NCBI RefSeq assembly: GCF_964355755.1
Contig: NC_092676.1
Location: 5,681,888-5,745,887 of the forward strand
DNA: 64,000 bases
Direction of reading: 5' to 3'
Origin: Antedon mediterranea
Taxonomy: Eukaryota; Animalia; Echinodermata
Each line of letters begins with the position of its first letter. The first letter of the stretch is position 1. The notes beneath the pieces were generated by a model. It made no database searches and had not been told where the DNA came from. It was given only the letters and a program-made list of their open reading frames with translations. The position numbers and the translations under genes are program-made. Of this stretch, positions 15,116-27,849 are shown piece after piece.

Positions 15116-16987
15116 TTAAGCACTAGTGAATTTGGTCTTGTTCAATGATAGAAGTCTATTTTACATTTATTCAATATTCAGGGTGTAGTCCTCATTACAA
15201 GCTAAACATGGGTTTAGTAACTTTTGCAAAAGCGCACACATTTTTCAGAATTAGACTATTTCCAACAGCACCCTGACTTGAGATTGGAAGGCAAGTATGT
15301 TATCCACCAAGCCCCCTCACCTCGGCATTGAAAAGTTAATTTTCCAAGGTTTAAAGATTTATTGTTCCGCGGAAAAGATAATTTAAAATTGTTTTGTTGA
15401 ATATGCCATTTTAATGTCACATACTTTAATATAGTTATTCACTTTTACTAAAAATTGGATCGATAAAACAATTATTTTACCTGAAAAACTGCAAAAAAAT
15501 TGTCAAATTTAACCATTTATTTTTTCATAAGTGAAAATATTATTTTTTAGGGTTTTTTTTTTTTTCGAAAGTGATTAAGTTTGTTAAAACTAAAAAATAG
15601 CCTATTCAAAGTCTGATTTTATTGATCTTTATTTATCATGTAGTAGTACTATACTATATTTTAATTAATATAATTTTTCACTAAATCTTCAACTGAAGAA
15701 CAAATCAATTGAAATAACCTATACTTAAAAATCTATACAACAACTAAAGACGTATTTGATCATTCTTAGTAGCCAACAGCTGTTTACACTATAGATATTT
15801 ATTACTTGGACATATTTATGAGCTTCAGCCTATCATTTTAGCCAATCATCTTTCAGATAATATTTCTTATATCACTCATTAATATGCAGGGTGTCTAATT
15901 TGAAACAGATGGAAGTTAAAACAAAAAGAAACAATTCAGATCTTCTTTCACATTGAATATGGAAAACGTATATTTTAATATAAACCATATGACTACAATG
16001 CTCAGTTCACAAAATAGATAAATCCAGGGAAGATTCAATCTTCCCTGATAAATCTTGATCCCTCTCAACATCTCTAAATCTTGTTTTGTCGAAAATGTGC
16101 CAAAATTAGGATTTGCACTCAGAACTGTAGAATTGGTAGGCTAGCATGTTGACCACCAGGCCATGGTGTCAAAGTGACCCCTTGTCCTCTTTTTATACAA
16201 AAGTCAGGATTTGATCACAGAACTGTAGAATTGGTAGGCAAACATGACCACTACGCTAAGGTGTCATAGTGATCCCATCACAATTTACATCCCCTTCTGG
16301 CAATTTAGGGTGCTATCCCTGGTACCTTGCCTACTGTTGTGTATGGGCTTGTTCTTGTATGGTAGTACAGTACTATGAAAAATAGTAAATCAAAAGCAAA
16401 GTAATACAAATTTGTTTCATTAAACTAGGAATTATAAAATCTTTAGAAATTTAGACAAATCCTTTGGTGTTTTCTAGATTAGTTTTTAGATAATAACACT
16501 ATTAACTTAAACCAATGCTATTGTCAACAATTGCATGATTTTAAAAACGCTATTGTTCACATAATTCCATGGTACAATTTTCTTTACGTCATAGATATAA
16601 AATACTATATAAAATAATAAACAAGTTTAACTTCTTGAGCTTGAGTGTTAATGTAATGAATGTAACAGGATATAATTACAAAGGCCAGACTTATTGGAAT
16701 ATCTTTACATTGATCTTATAATTTTGGATTGTGGAATACGGTACATTTTTCCTTTTGTTCCTATACTCGATTACATACTAATAATGTCATGTCATAAACC
16801 ATGATTACATTACTTATTTCATTATATGTTAATGTTCTCTTATCTGAAAAAATGGTTTTTGTTAAATTGAATGTCATGAATTATGATTAATTATTTCTCA
16901 TTTTTTGTAATTACATATTATTTTTAATTACAGATTAAAGTCTGGTTTGACCAATTCATCAAACAAGGCGTGGTAGACGTTGAAACA

Positions 16988-17053
16988 ATGGCAACCACTT
17001 CGTGTGGCACGTGTGCCAAAATTGTTTTGTTTATAACAAATTTGATATTTTGG
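16988..17053 (+). CDS. Tetraspanin coding exon 1 (N-tail, start of TM1)
   Basis: acaATGG start and gtaagt donor. An upstream acceptor (ttacag, ending 16933) implies a further non-coding 5' exon. Confidence 0.93.
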
Positions 17054-20000
17054 GTAAGTATTTTTTTATTTTATCAGTTAAAATTAGTTGTCAATTCTTT
17101 GGCGCTAATTGTTTTAGAGAGTTGTTTAAAATTTGTTTTGTAAATATCGGAGACAATCTACTAATATTTTCTGATCCCTGATATTCCTTTTCTTGTTCTT
17201 TTTTCCAGATAACTGGGATAATACTGCTTGGAGTTGGAATATGGGTGACGATAGACAAAACAAGTTTAGAGTTTTTGACGTTGTTTTACCACCCTTCCCT
17301 TAAAGTATTAGCATATACGTTGATAGGCGTTGGAGGTTTCGTCACAATCTTGGGTTTCATTGGATGTTTCGGAGCTTGTCATGAACAAAAATGGATGATA
17401 ATTACTGTAAGATGAAATTGTGTTTATTGATATAGTATGTATAGATTTAATGTTTAATTCATTTCCTTTATTTCAGATAGTACATCCATATACAAAACAT
17501 ACAAAACAAAAAGACAAATTTCACCAGGAAATTAACAACAGCAACTTCCATAAAACCAGCTTACAATATCCTAAAAAATCTATTTGCACAATAATGCTGA
17601 TGTAGGTTGAATTGTGGAAGTACTGTACTTTAACTATGGTTTTAATCGGACTATTCAACTAATAATAGTATTTTGTGTTCTCTGTTCTGATTCTTAATGT
17701 GTAGCGCTCCTATTTACCTCTCAGGATTATTGATTGAAATACGGCTGATATAATGACTTATCTCAACCTGCTGTGTAAATACATGACTTTAATACCAGTG
17801 TACAGACTTTACAATTTTCATGATATGTCATTAGACTAGGCAGCTATCGAGTTGAAAAGTCTTTCTGCACATGCTCGGAATTACATTCAGCAAAGACAGA
17901 ATAGGCCTAATAACTGTAGTCTAGTATAGTGCCGTCAAAATTAAAGTCACCAGGACTTCACCCATTTCTAATTCAGAGAATATCTTGGTTACGTTTAATG
18001 GCCCTGTCAGAAAAAAGGGCAATGTTTTTGTAAATAAAATATGTTTTGATTATTGCAAACATTTGGTTAATACATTTTCTCAAATGAATAATGTACCAAA
18101 GTTTGGTTAAGACATTAAAAAGTTGATCACCGAGGTCACCGGTACCACTTGGTGGTGTCATGACATAATGGATCTTCAGTTTCCAGAAACCAGTAGTGAC
18201 GTTTGTACTGCCCAATGCACCACAGGATAGAAAGAAACCCATTGATTTCTCAGTTGGTATCATTCACCACATAATTTGCATAATTTAAAAACAGTTTGTT
18301 AAAATGTTTGTCATCACGAGTTATTACATTGTTACTGAACTAAAAGCTCTGTCTACACTATCAAACTAGTTTTACAAAAAATGTGATGTGCCCAAATATG
18401 GTAGTGATGTGTTCAAGTATGTTAGTGATATGACATCATCATGTCCATATATGGGCACATCACATTTTTTTGTCACATAAAAAATGTTATAGTGTAGACA
18501 GAGCTTAATACCACTTTGTGACCGAATATTTTTATTCTACTACACAATAATGCAAAGGTGGAAATAACTTTGCTGTCTAATGTCTTTGAAACAATCTGAT
18601 AAATTAGAATGATTCTTGGTGTTATTTATTCTTTATTGCATTAAACTATGATAAAGATACATAAAGTAGTATAAAGCTCTGTCTACACTATACAACTTTA
18701 TGTGACAAAATAATGTGATGTGCCCATATAATCGACATGATGTCCATTTCGGCACTACCATATTTGGGCACATCACACTTTGTTTAAGCAATAGCAATAT
18801 AGATCACCAATAAGAAATTCTTTGTTGTCAAATAGTTTGATAGTGTAGACAGTGCTTGATAAGTAAAAAGTAGTCATATTTGACAAGAAACAATTAACAA
18901 CATGCAGTGAGTCTATTGTTCCAGCTAATCAATTTATTTTTGCACACCATTAGCATTCTTTATTTTTTAAATACAGTATTTCATTGTTGTACTGTTACTG
19001 CTACTTGTGGAGATTGTCTGCGTTATTCTGGTCTTTGCTTTCCAATCTGAGGTGGAGAAGTATGTAGGAGATCAACTGGATGATTCAGTACAGAAAGAGT
19101 ATGGTCTTGATGGTTATGATGATGTCACTACTTCTATCGATGCCCTCCATATTACAGTAAGTGTCACTACCAAAGTTGTGAGAATTTTACCAGCTGCCTA
19201 AACTTACTTTTTCAAAACCTCAAAACCAGGTTTATAAGGTTGTCTCAGATCATTCGCATTTAACCATTGGTCATACCTTCTAATAAAAAAATGCAAGAAT
19301 ATAATATTACTCTGCTACAGTCGACATTCCCAATAACCTAATAAATATTACTACAGTCGACTCTCCCAATACTAAACTGTCTGAAAACTCTCCCCAATAC
19401 CAGCCTTTTCTTGAGGTCTAAATGGCCCCAATTCTTTTTTACTATTAAAAATACATTCAAAATTCCAGGATTTCTGGAAAACCATACGTCTTCCCAAGGG
19501 TGTCTAGTTTTTTACCATAATGATGTTGATAAAATGATGTTGGTTTAAATTATGTTTTGGACTCCGACATGAATGAATGACAACACACATTTGATCGTTG
19601 TGGTTGGTACGGTTTTATTTCTAATCGTCCTCAATACACAAAGTGCATCACATGTGCTCCATGTTGTCTCCTCCATTCTCTCTCTCTTTTATTTTACCGC
19701 CCTCTATCTGACGTTATTGCTATGCGATATTTGGAAGGATTACACTAACATTGAGAAAACATATTTTCAGTTGAAATGCTGCGGAAAAAATAACTTCACA
19801 GACTGGGAAACGTCGGCATGGAGTAAAGCGAAAATGAATGCATCAACACCGTTTCCAATCTCCTGTTGTACAACGAAAGAGGGTTCTCTTGAAAAATTGA
19901 TAAATAATGAGTCAGTCGAACCAATAGATCGAGAGGCATGCTATGCTGGATCACCGAATGATTTCATGAATAGTGAAGTAAGTCTGATAAATATTTTACC

Positions 20001-23000
20001 CAACTCTCGTGTACATTGGCCACTTGTTCCAAATAAACTCAAATACAAATCAAATACATAGCCTGGATATATATAAAGTAGTCTTGAATTAAAGGCCACT
20101 TGTTCCAAATAGACCTAAAAAATGAAACTTTATTAAAGCATAGCCAAACAATAGAGGTGCTAAGTTTTATCTTAACAATAGAGGGTGCTATTAATTTTTA
20201 TTTAAAAAATGCATCAAATACATAGCCTGGATATATATAGTCTTGAATTAAAGGCCACTTGTTCCAAATAGACCTAAAAAATGAAACTTTATTAAAGCAT
20301 AGCCAAACAATAGAGGCGCTATTAAGTTTTATCTTAACAATAGAGGGTGCTATTAATTTTTATTTAAAAAATGCATCAAATACATAGCCTGGATATATAT
20401 AGCCTTGAATTAAAGGCCACTTGTTCCAAATAGACCTAAAAAATGAAACTTTATTAAAGCATAGCCAAACAATAAAGGGTGCTATTAAGTTTTATCTTAA
20501 CAATAGAGGGTGCTATTAATTTTTATTTAAAAAATGCATCAAATACATAGCCTGGATATATATAGCCTTGAATTAAAGGCCACTTGTTCCAAATAGACCT
20601 AAAAAATGAAACTTTATTAAAGCATAGCCAAACAATAAAGGGTGCTATTAAGTTTTAACTTAACAATAGAGGGTGCTATTAAGTTTTATCTTAACAATAG
20701 AGGGTGTTATTAATTCTTATTTTAAAAATGCTTCAAATACATAGTGATATATAGTCTTGAATTAAAGGCCACTTGTTCCAAATAGACCTAAAAAATGAAA
20801 CTTTATTAAAGCATGGCCAAACAATAGAGGGACGTGCTAGAGGGTGCTATTAATTTTTATTTTAAAAATGCATCAAATACATAGTGATATATAGTCTTGA
20901 AATATCAGAAAACTTCTGTGATTATCGGCAGAGGGGGAGGGGGGGGGGACAACATCCTCCAAATCTAGACCATTAACCTTAAATTTAAAACCATTAATAA
21001 ACAATCTTTAGCTGCACTAAAGACCAAAAGATTATTTTTTTTTTTACTTGCCATAATGAGTTGTGAAATTAGTATGCAATGACAACCAATAGTATTATAT
21101 GTCTATTCATAAATGTATAAAATATGAATACATACATCCTAAGTACATTGAATAATTTTTCTTTTTTATAGGGATGTTATGATACATTATATGAATATTT
21201 TATTGATAATTTGTGGATAATTGGAGGTATTGGTATAGGAATTGCAGTTTTACAGGTAAATGATCAAATAAATCATATATAGACGGAACAAAATTCTATT
21301 ATTTAACTAATTTTGTTTCTTCTTTTTCTGTCAGGGTTATAAGATTTTTTTTCAGAAATAGATTTTTTTTTATTAACTATTATATATCAATGTTTTGCTT
21401 AAGTTAAGAGTGCTTAAGTGAAAACTGAAACTTTATTTATTAAACAAGTTCTTTCTATCATAAGAAAATTTACCTTTGTCATCTAAGATTAAGAATAAAA
21501 ATATGCACACATATTTGCTTATATTATGTTGATACAAACTTTTAGATATGCGTATCTGAGGGTAGGGGTGTTATTTCCTAATGTCTAAAGAGACCATATT
21601 TTACAACCCTCAAAATGACAAACTTTTCAAACATATTGCGTTTAATTGAATGATTTTGATATGGTATTGAAATTAAATAGTGAGTTTTCCCCATTAAAGA
21701 AAAATATGAAACGAAAAAATTTTTTTTTGTTTTCTTCAATTTAATCCATTAAGTAATAAAATAATCATAATTTTAGGTATTTTTATTTTAGTTTGGTTAG
21801 AAAAGAAGTTGTTTTCTTGCAGGTTCACACACTTTTCATAACAACCATTTTCCTGGCAAAATTGAGAAATGATCGGTACATTTACGTTCGAAGTCCTCGT
21901 AACTACCGATCAATCCTTGCGCCAACCGATGATAAAACATACGAAAACAGCACATATATGCGCGACACACGATGCTAATATGCTATTTGGTATATATTGC
22001 TACCTTGCATGCATGAATGCACACGCATAAGTTGAATGCTGGGATAGCATGGTTAATACTGCGACATACACCCTTTTAAATGTGATGAATAAGTAAGACG
22101 TTAAAATGCAAGAAACCCAATTCTAAAGTGTTGTATCTCCTCATATGACAATTTTTGTCCAGTGTAATTGGCAAATTCCGTAATACAGCATCTCATGTGT
22201 TTCACACGTGATGCTTGTATCATGGAAAGTTAGGGTTAGGTTAAGGTCTATGATACAACATCACATACGCTTCATGTGTGAAGCTGTATCACATTACATC
22301 TTATCCAAAGGACGGCGCAATGAGTATCTTGTATCTGCTAGTTATCCGCACTCCTTGTAATTGTCCGATCTCTCTTTTGGATACAAGCAATGCCTCAGAC
22401 AGTTCTCAAACCCATGCCTTTCAAGTGCAATGGTACGATTACCACCGCAGCATACAGTTTTTTAAAGTAGGACAAATGAATATATTTAAATATAAATGTA
22501 GTAATGATTTTTAGTTTGACTTTAACCTAGTGAAATTCATATTAGGCTCTCTACAGTGCAGCTCCTATTATCTTCCTATATAATTATATACCAAGTTCTC
22601 TATTATTTATTATACATACACTGGACCAATGGCTTTACATCTTATCCAAAGGACGAGGCAATGAGAGTAAATATCTTGGATATCTGCACTATGTGGATAA
22701 CTTCTTGTAATTTTCCGGTCTCTTTTTTTGGATACAAGCAATGGCTCAGACAGGTCTCGAACACATGCCTTTCAAATGCTAGTCCGAAACCCTTCACCAT
22801 TATGCCGTGTATCGCTCGATTGCATGAATATAACTCCGACGAATGTTCCTTGAAAAATTGTGCAAATGCTATAATGATGCCTAGACGTAATCAACCTGCA
22901 TGTGACATGAACAAGTCAGGTGCATTGAAGAACAGTATCACTTGCAGCATGTATGTATACACATGAAAGAACCATAATGGAAGACACCATACCTCCCAGC

Positions 23001-23309
23001 TTGCATGACTTTCTAAGAACCAAGCACCTTCTGTATGGCTCCATTCAGGCTTTGTTTACCCGCATAAGTTGGTTTCATGGGCCAATTATCGCTCACTTTT
23101 GTGGCTAACTAACAACTTATCTGGGTAACTAAGCCTCAATGTGACATATATGTATACCTGTTGGTTCAACTCCTCTCCACCTTGTGAGGTCACCGATGAG
23201 GGTCCATCATTATTCTTCCTTTGACTAATTCTATGTTTTTCTTTTGCAGCTTTTCGTCTTAGTCTTAGCTCTTTCATTGTTACGCAATTTAAAAGATGAT
23301 TATGAATGA
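16988..23309 (+). CDS. Tetraspanin, 264 aa, 6 coding exons: 16988-17053, 17209-17406, 18977-19156, 19771-19977, 21172-21255, 23250-23309
   Basis: All introns GT-AG and phase 0. Spliced product MATTSCGTCAKIVLFITNLIFW/ITGIILLGVGIWV...LGFIGCFGACHEQKWMIIT/YFIVVLLLLLVEIVCVILVFAF.../LKCCG...DW...PISCC...C.../GCYDTL...IIGGIGIGIAVLQ/LFVLVLALSLLRNLKDDYE*. Four TMs, GCxGA motif, EC2 with CCG, PxSCC and GC (6 Cys). Confidence 0.96.
17209..17406 (+). CDS. Tetraspanin coding exon 2 (TM1-EC1-TM2)
   Basis: ttttccag acceptor, gtaaga donor, 66 codons, GFIGCFGA. Confidence 0.95.
18344..18506. mobile_element. Palindromic MITE family A, copy 3 (tetraspanin intron)
   Basis: aagctctgtctacacta ... tagtgtagacagagctt. 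Confidence 0.85.
18674..18857. mobile_element. Palindromic MITE family A, copy 4 (tetraspanin intron)
   Basis: aagctctgtctacacta ... tagtgtagacagtgctt. Confidence 0.8.
18977..19156 (+). CDS. Tetraspanin coding exon 3 (TM3, EC2 helices)
   Basis: atacag acceptor, gtaagt donor, 60 codons. Confidence 0.95.
19771..19977 (+). CDS. Tetraspanin coding exon 4 (EC2 variable region)
   Basis: ttttcag acceptor, gtaagt donor; LKCCG and PISCC motifs. Confidence 0.95.
20015..20900. repeat. ~163-bp intronic tandem repeat, ~5 copies
   Basis: gcctggatatata recurs at 20061, 20225, 20387, 20550; ggccacttgttccaaatagacc repeated. Confidence 0.9.
21172..21255 (+). CDS. Tetraspanin coding exon 5 (end of EC2, TM4 start)
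   Basis: tttatag acceptor, gtaaat donor; GCYDTLYEYFIDNLWIIGGIGIGIAVLQ. Confidence 0.94.
23250..23309 (+). CDS. Tetraspanin coding exon 6 (TM4 end, C-tail, stop)
   Basis: ttttgcag acceptor; LFVLVLALSLLRNLKDDYE-TGA completes TM4. Confidence 0.88.
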   Translation, partial: LFVLVLALSLLRNLKDDYE

Positions 23310-23699
23310 AGAAACTTTTCAATCCTAACCAATCGAGAAGAAGCTGAGATAACGATTACCCAAGATGCATTCGTGCAATTTTATTCATTTATTTTCGAAA
23401 AATTATACAAAGAAGAACAAAAAGGCTAGGACTGATATTGAGTCTAGGCTTATACTTACTTGGATAAACATATTTTTTTTACCACAATAGAAACTTAATA
23501 CCTAAGATTAGTTTATCAGAGGATGTTCTATTTACTTGATAGGGGTTTTATTTATAAATTATAGGCTTTTCAGTACTGTACTGTAAATAATCAGTTTATC
23601 CATGTAAGTATTCCCAAAATAGTTTTTAATAATTTTAAGATACACATCTTCAGTTTAACATTTATTTTTATTTTATGTCATGATCATGTATAGAATAAA

Positions 23700-24020
23700 T
23701 AATATGATGTCATAGAATAATTAGTATGATGTCATAGTATTAATATGATGTCATAGTATTAATATGATGTCATAGTATTAATATGATGTCATAGTATTAA
23801 TATGATGTCATAGTACAGTATTAATATGATGTCATAGGACTAACATGATGTCATTAATTAATATGATGCCAAAGGATATGTCATAGTAGGCCTATTAAGA
23901 TGATGTTATGACATTGATATAATGTAATAGAATAATTGGAAATATCATGTCATGGGATTAGTATGATGTCATAGGATAATTATTATGATGTCATAGGATA
24001 ATTAATATGATGTCATAGCT
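23700..24020. repeat. ~19-21-bp minisatellite (atatgatgtcatagtatta) downstream of the tetraspanin stop
   Basis: Directly visible tandem units, degenerate at the edges. Confidence 0.85.
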
Positions 24021-24237
24021 ATGATGGAGAAAGGTTATCCAAGGTGTTTTAAATGATTACAGTAATTAAAAATGACTTAAAAATCACAAATTAATTGAAC
24101 AAATCTGACCTTCCAATGATTGTTATATGTGGTGTATTCATATTTGGATAATATTGTAAATAATTTTTAAAATTGTCTAGTGTATGTAAATGGAGTCAAT
24201 TTTTCAATTACCGTATAATAATTTCCACAAAAATTCT

Positions 24238-24428
24238 TTAAAGATGTGTTGTCCCCAAACACTTTTGCAGTTTTAATAAGGTTATTCACTTAATTCAATT
24301 TAACCCAAAACCAAACAATTCGACTTTCAATTACAGTTTTTTTATAATTTGTATAATTCAATATTTATTCAAAATTCAACAAATGTATTGTAAGCAATAT
24401 TTTTTTTTAGGGGGACAATATATCTTTA
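24238..24428. mobile_element. Short Kolobok-like TIR element (family B)
   Basis: ttaaagatgtgttgtcccc ... ggggacaatatatcttta; TIR similar to 32747-33280. Confidence 0.55.
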
Positions 24429-26204
24429 TAGGTTTATTTGTATAGCGTGTAAGCATTAAGGTGCACTAGATTTTTACATTTTTCCAAACTACTGTATATA
24501 ACAAAAAATTGTAAAACTTTAGTATTTGATATGCTAAATTAGTGTTTTGTTTGCTAGACTCTATAGAATAAATGGTTTGTTTTTTTAAAGCACTATTTAG
24601 GTTAATATACATTTTGGAAATACGCTGATTGCTTTACAATTTTTAAAGTAGTTTATCAGCTACATTACATTAACAAACACCAAATAAAAAATACTCTAAA
24701 ACTTTACGTGAAAAATTTAAAAGATGTGTTGCATAGAAATAGTCAGACATTTTAATGCACTAAATAGGCTGTTTTATGAGGAGTACCTTAATATTTTTTT
24801 TTTATTTGCGGTACCAGACGTAATAATACCAGTCTAATTAGCAAATAAAAGTAAAAATATCAAATAGAAATAAAAAGTAACAAAAGTGAACTCTATTAAA
24901 GGTGCTTGGCTATATACATAAAAACCAGTCTACCTTCACACTAGCACCGATGATGATTTTTAACTGAAAGCTTCCTGGCTGTTTATTTTATATCGTTTTA
25001 ATTTAGCTTTTTACTTATTTGTATCTCCATTGTTATTCAGCCATTGTTACCCAAGCATTGTTCAGTAGTTTGCCGTTTGGTTAATAAACATACACAAACC
25101 CAGTATAGTTGTGTACATTTAAGGTGCTTTGAGAAAGAATACGTTTTTAGCATGATATTTATTATTAAAATATGGATCTCGAACTTAAGAATAATTAATT
25201 TATAATATAAAAATAATAGCAATGTACTGAATAAAATTTTAAATCATCTTATTAAATAATTATGACTTAAAAATACAGGTATAATTTGTCATTTTCATTT
25301 TAAAGTTTGATTAATTTAACAATTTTGAAGTGGGGAAGTAGATTTAAAGAGGTTAATACCAAACAATAACATTTAAAATATAATAAAATTAATTTATATT
25401 TACATTAATTATTAATTAATTTGATGTTAGGGCAATTGATGAAGATGTTTGATCAATTGAGGGCGCTTTTGAACAATAGAGGGCGTTGTTTTATCTTGTG
25501 GAATGCTGTGTTCTAGAGATGTTTTATTTTTGTATCCTTGTAAATAACTGTTTTGAAATATAAAAGTTTGGTCCTTCGTTGTTTTTATTATGTTATATAT
25601 TTTAATGTAGTAACATTTTACCTCTGATATATAAAATTATATATGTATTTTTGGTTTATTGAATATTATGTTTCATTACTAATAATTTTAACTATATTTA
25701 TGTTGTATTAAGGCAATGAATATTTTAACTACGATCAATTATTCACATTTCTAAAAGGAATTAGTTTTGTGTTAAATCTTTACTTGTTTGTGTCAATTTT
25801 CATCATCATCTAGAATTCGAATTACGCCACCTCGTTTTTCAAATTTTTGTTTATTTTAAAAATGTCATACGCATCCAACAACGAGCCAATAACAGGTCGT
25901 CTCCTAGCATTATAAATCAAGCAGTCTAGATCAGCGTTCAACTTAGATCATGACGTCACGATCATATTATTCATATCTCGCGAACGAACGTACTATACAA
26001 TTCGTGTCTTGTGATTTCAACTTGCGAACGTGTCATTTTTCAAAAACATTGTACCGTTACATTTTGATCAGCAATTGTGTTCATCCATTAAATTGGTGGA
26101 GACTTTATTTGATTTTCTTTATTGATGCTTTATTGATAGTGATAATAGTAACCCACTACAATCAACAAAACATTTTCTTTTTCAAGGTTATAAGATAAGT
26201 AAAA

Positions 26205-26385
26205 TAATATACAAATAATGAATGTTTATGAGTGTAATGGTTCAGATAATGGCATGAGGTGAATGATGAAAGGTTATATATTTCAACGAGGTGAAACCGA
26301 GTTGATATATAACCTTTTATCATTCACCAAATGCCATTATTTGTACCATTACAACGAATATAAAACATTCATTATTTGTTTTATA
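26205..26385. repeat. ~180-bp near-perfect palindrome (probable MITE or TE end)
   Basis: aatggttcagataatggcat..ggtgaatgatgaaaggttatata / tatataaccttttatcattcacc..atgccattatttgtaccatt. Confidence 0.75.
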
Positions 26386-27849
26386 TATCTAAATAGATTC
26401 CTGTCATTTGAATTAAATAAAAGGTAGGCCTAGCCCAATGTCTACATTTGATTCACATTGATTAAAACATACACACACATACAAAACATAATATAAGGAT
26501 TTTATAAGCACTACTGTAGTGTTAATTATGTCAACAAACGACCTAACAATTCTATGCTAAAACGATTACATCTCCCTGATATATCTCTCCAAAAATGTAC
26601 TTATATCGCGAAACAATCATAACATTCAATCTTCGCGGCGAAAGTACAAAATAGGTGGCGCTTTTGTATTTTCAAAAGCAATAGTATAAACAAATTTTTT
26701 TCCAAACGCGAAAAGATTATTTTTTTCGTACACACAAAAAATACTATTAAACGATCGTTTATTAAGGCGTACTATTGCACGCCATGTAACCCACAATCGT
26801 CCAATCAAATGACAGGGATTTATTTAGGTGTTATATTATAAGATTTATAGAGCGCACATATCCACAAAAGTGCTCAAGTCGTTATACAGAGTTTTTTTAT
26901 ATTTACACCCATCGCAAGTGTGAGTGCATTTAATGGAGTTTTAGGTTTTATAAAATATCTTTATATGGAAAGGGGTTGGTGGGGGGGGGGGGGGATGTGG
27001 CGATTAAAACTATTAGAACCCCATATGCCTACTCATCATCCTTCCGATAGGACTAGAAAATTTCCGAATCAAACATTTTCTCCAAGTTACCACTTTATTT
27101 TCAAGAAACTTTTAAGAAAAAAAAAGAAGATTTATTTTATTTGGTCATGCTTATCGTCACAAATGCAAATTAAAATTAAAATCTCGAGTTTTCTTTATTT
27201 TAAATATGGGCCGAAATTATAAATAGCACGCCTTCTTTATTTTGTCATGTATTTCAACTGCGCGTTTAATTTATTAAAACTATTAAAACGCCATATTCAT
27301 CTTATCCTTATCTAAGGTAGGCCTACGTAATTCCTGAGGGCAGGTTCGAATCCCATATGTTATATTCATCTTTTGCTACTACAGTTGAACTTCCGTAAGC
27401 CGCCGCTAAACATTAGATTTTTTGTATGTTAAATTAGGCCTACCTCCCGTAAGCTCCCACCCAAAAAATTGACTTTTGGCAAAAAAAAATACAATTTTGA
27501 TACTGTGCTTTATATAATATTTGCTTTATTTCGAAAAACATTTAGTGAAGAACATTCCTGTGTTTTTATATGAGATGATAGAGAAAACTACACATATTTT
27601 GACCGACCATTTTCAAATTATTATTATCGTTTCCGTCAAAGTGAAGAGTTCACATCTAGTGCTATTAATTGATTTTTTCAAAAGTACTGTATTTCATTTT
27701 TTAGTGTAAAACCAATGCAAGTGTATGTTGATGTTTATTTCTATATATGTTTTCATGTATACAAGATTATCGCCATTTATTTACACCAAATTAAGCGATA
27801 ACTGTACCCATGAAACCAACCAAACCTACATTAAACGTCAATGCCGTTC

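Noticed and set aside
19573-19770. Hydrophobic N-terminal part of the 162-aa ORF as extra tetraspanin sequence
   Set aside because: It lies upstream of the ttttcag acceptor at 19770, and exon 3 supplies the true TM3.
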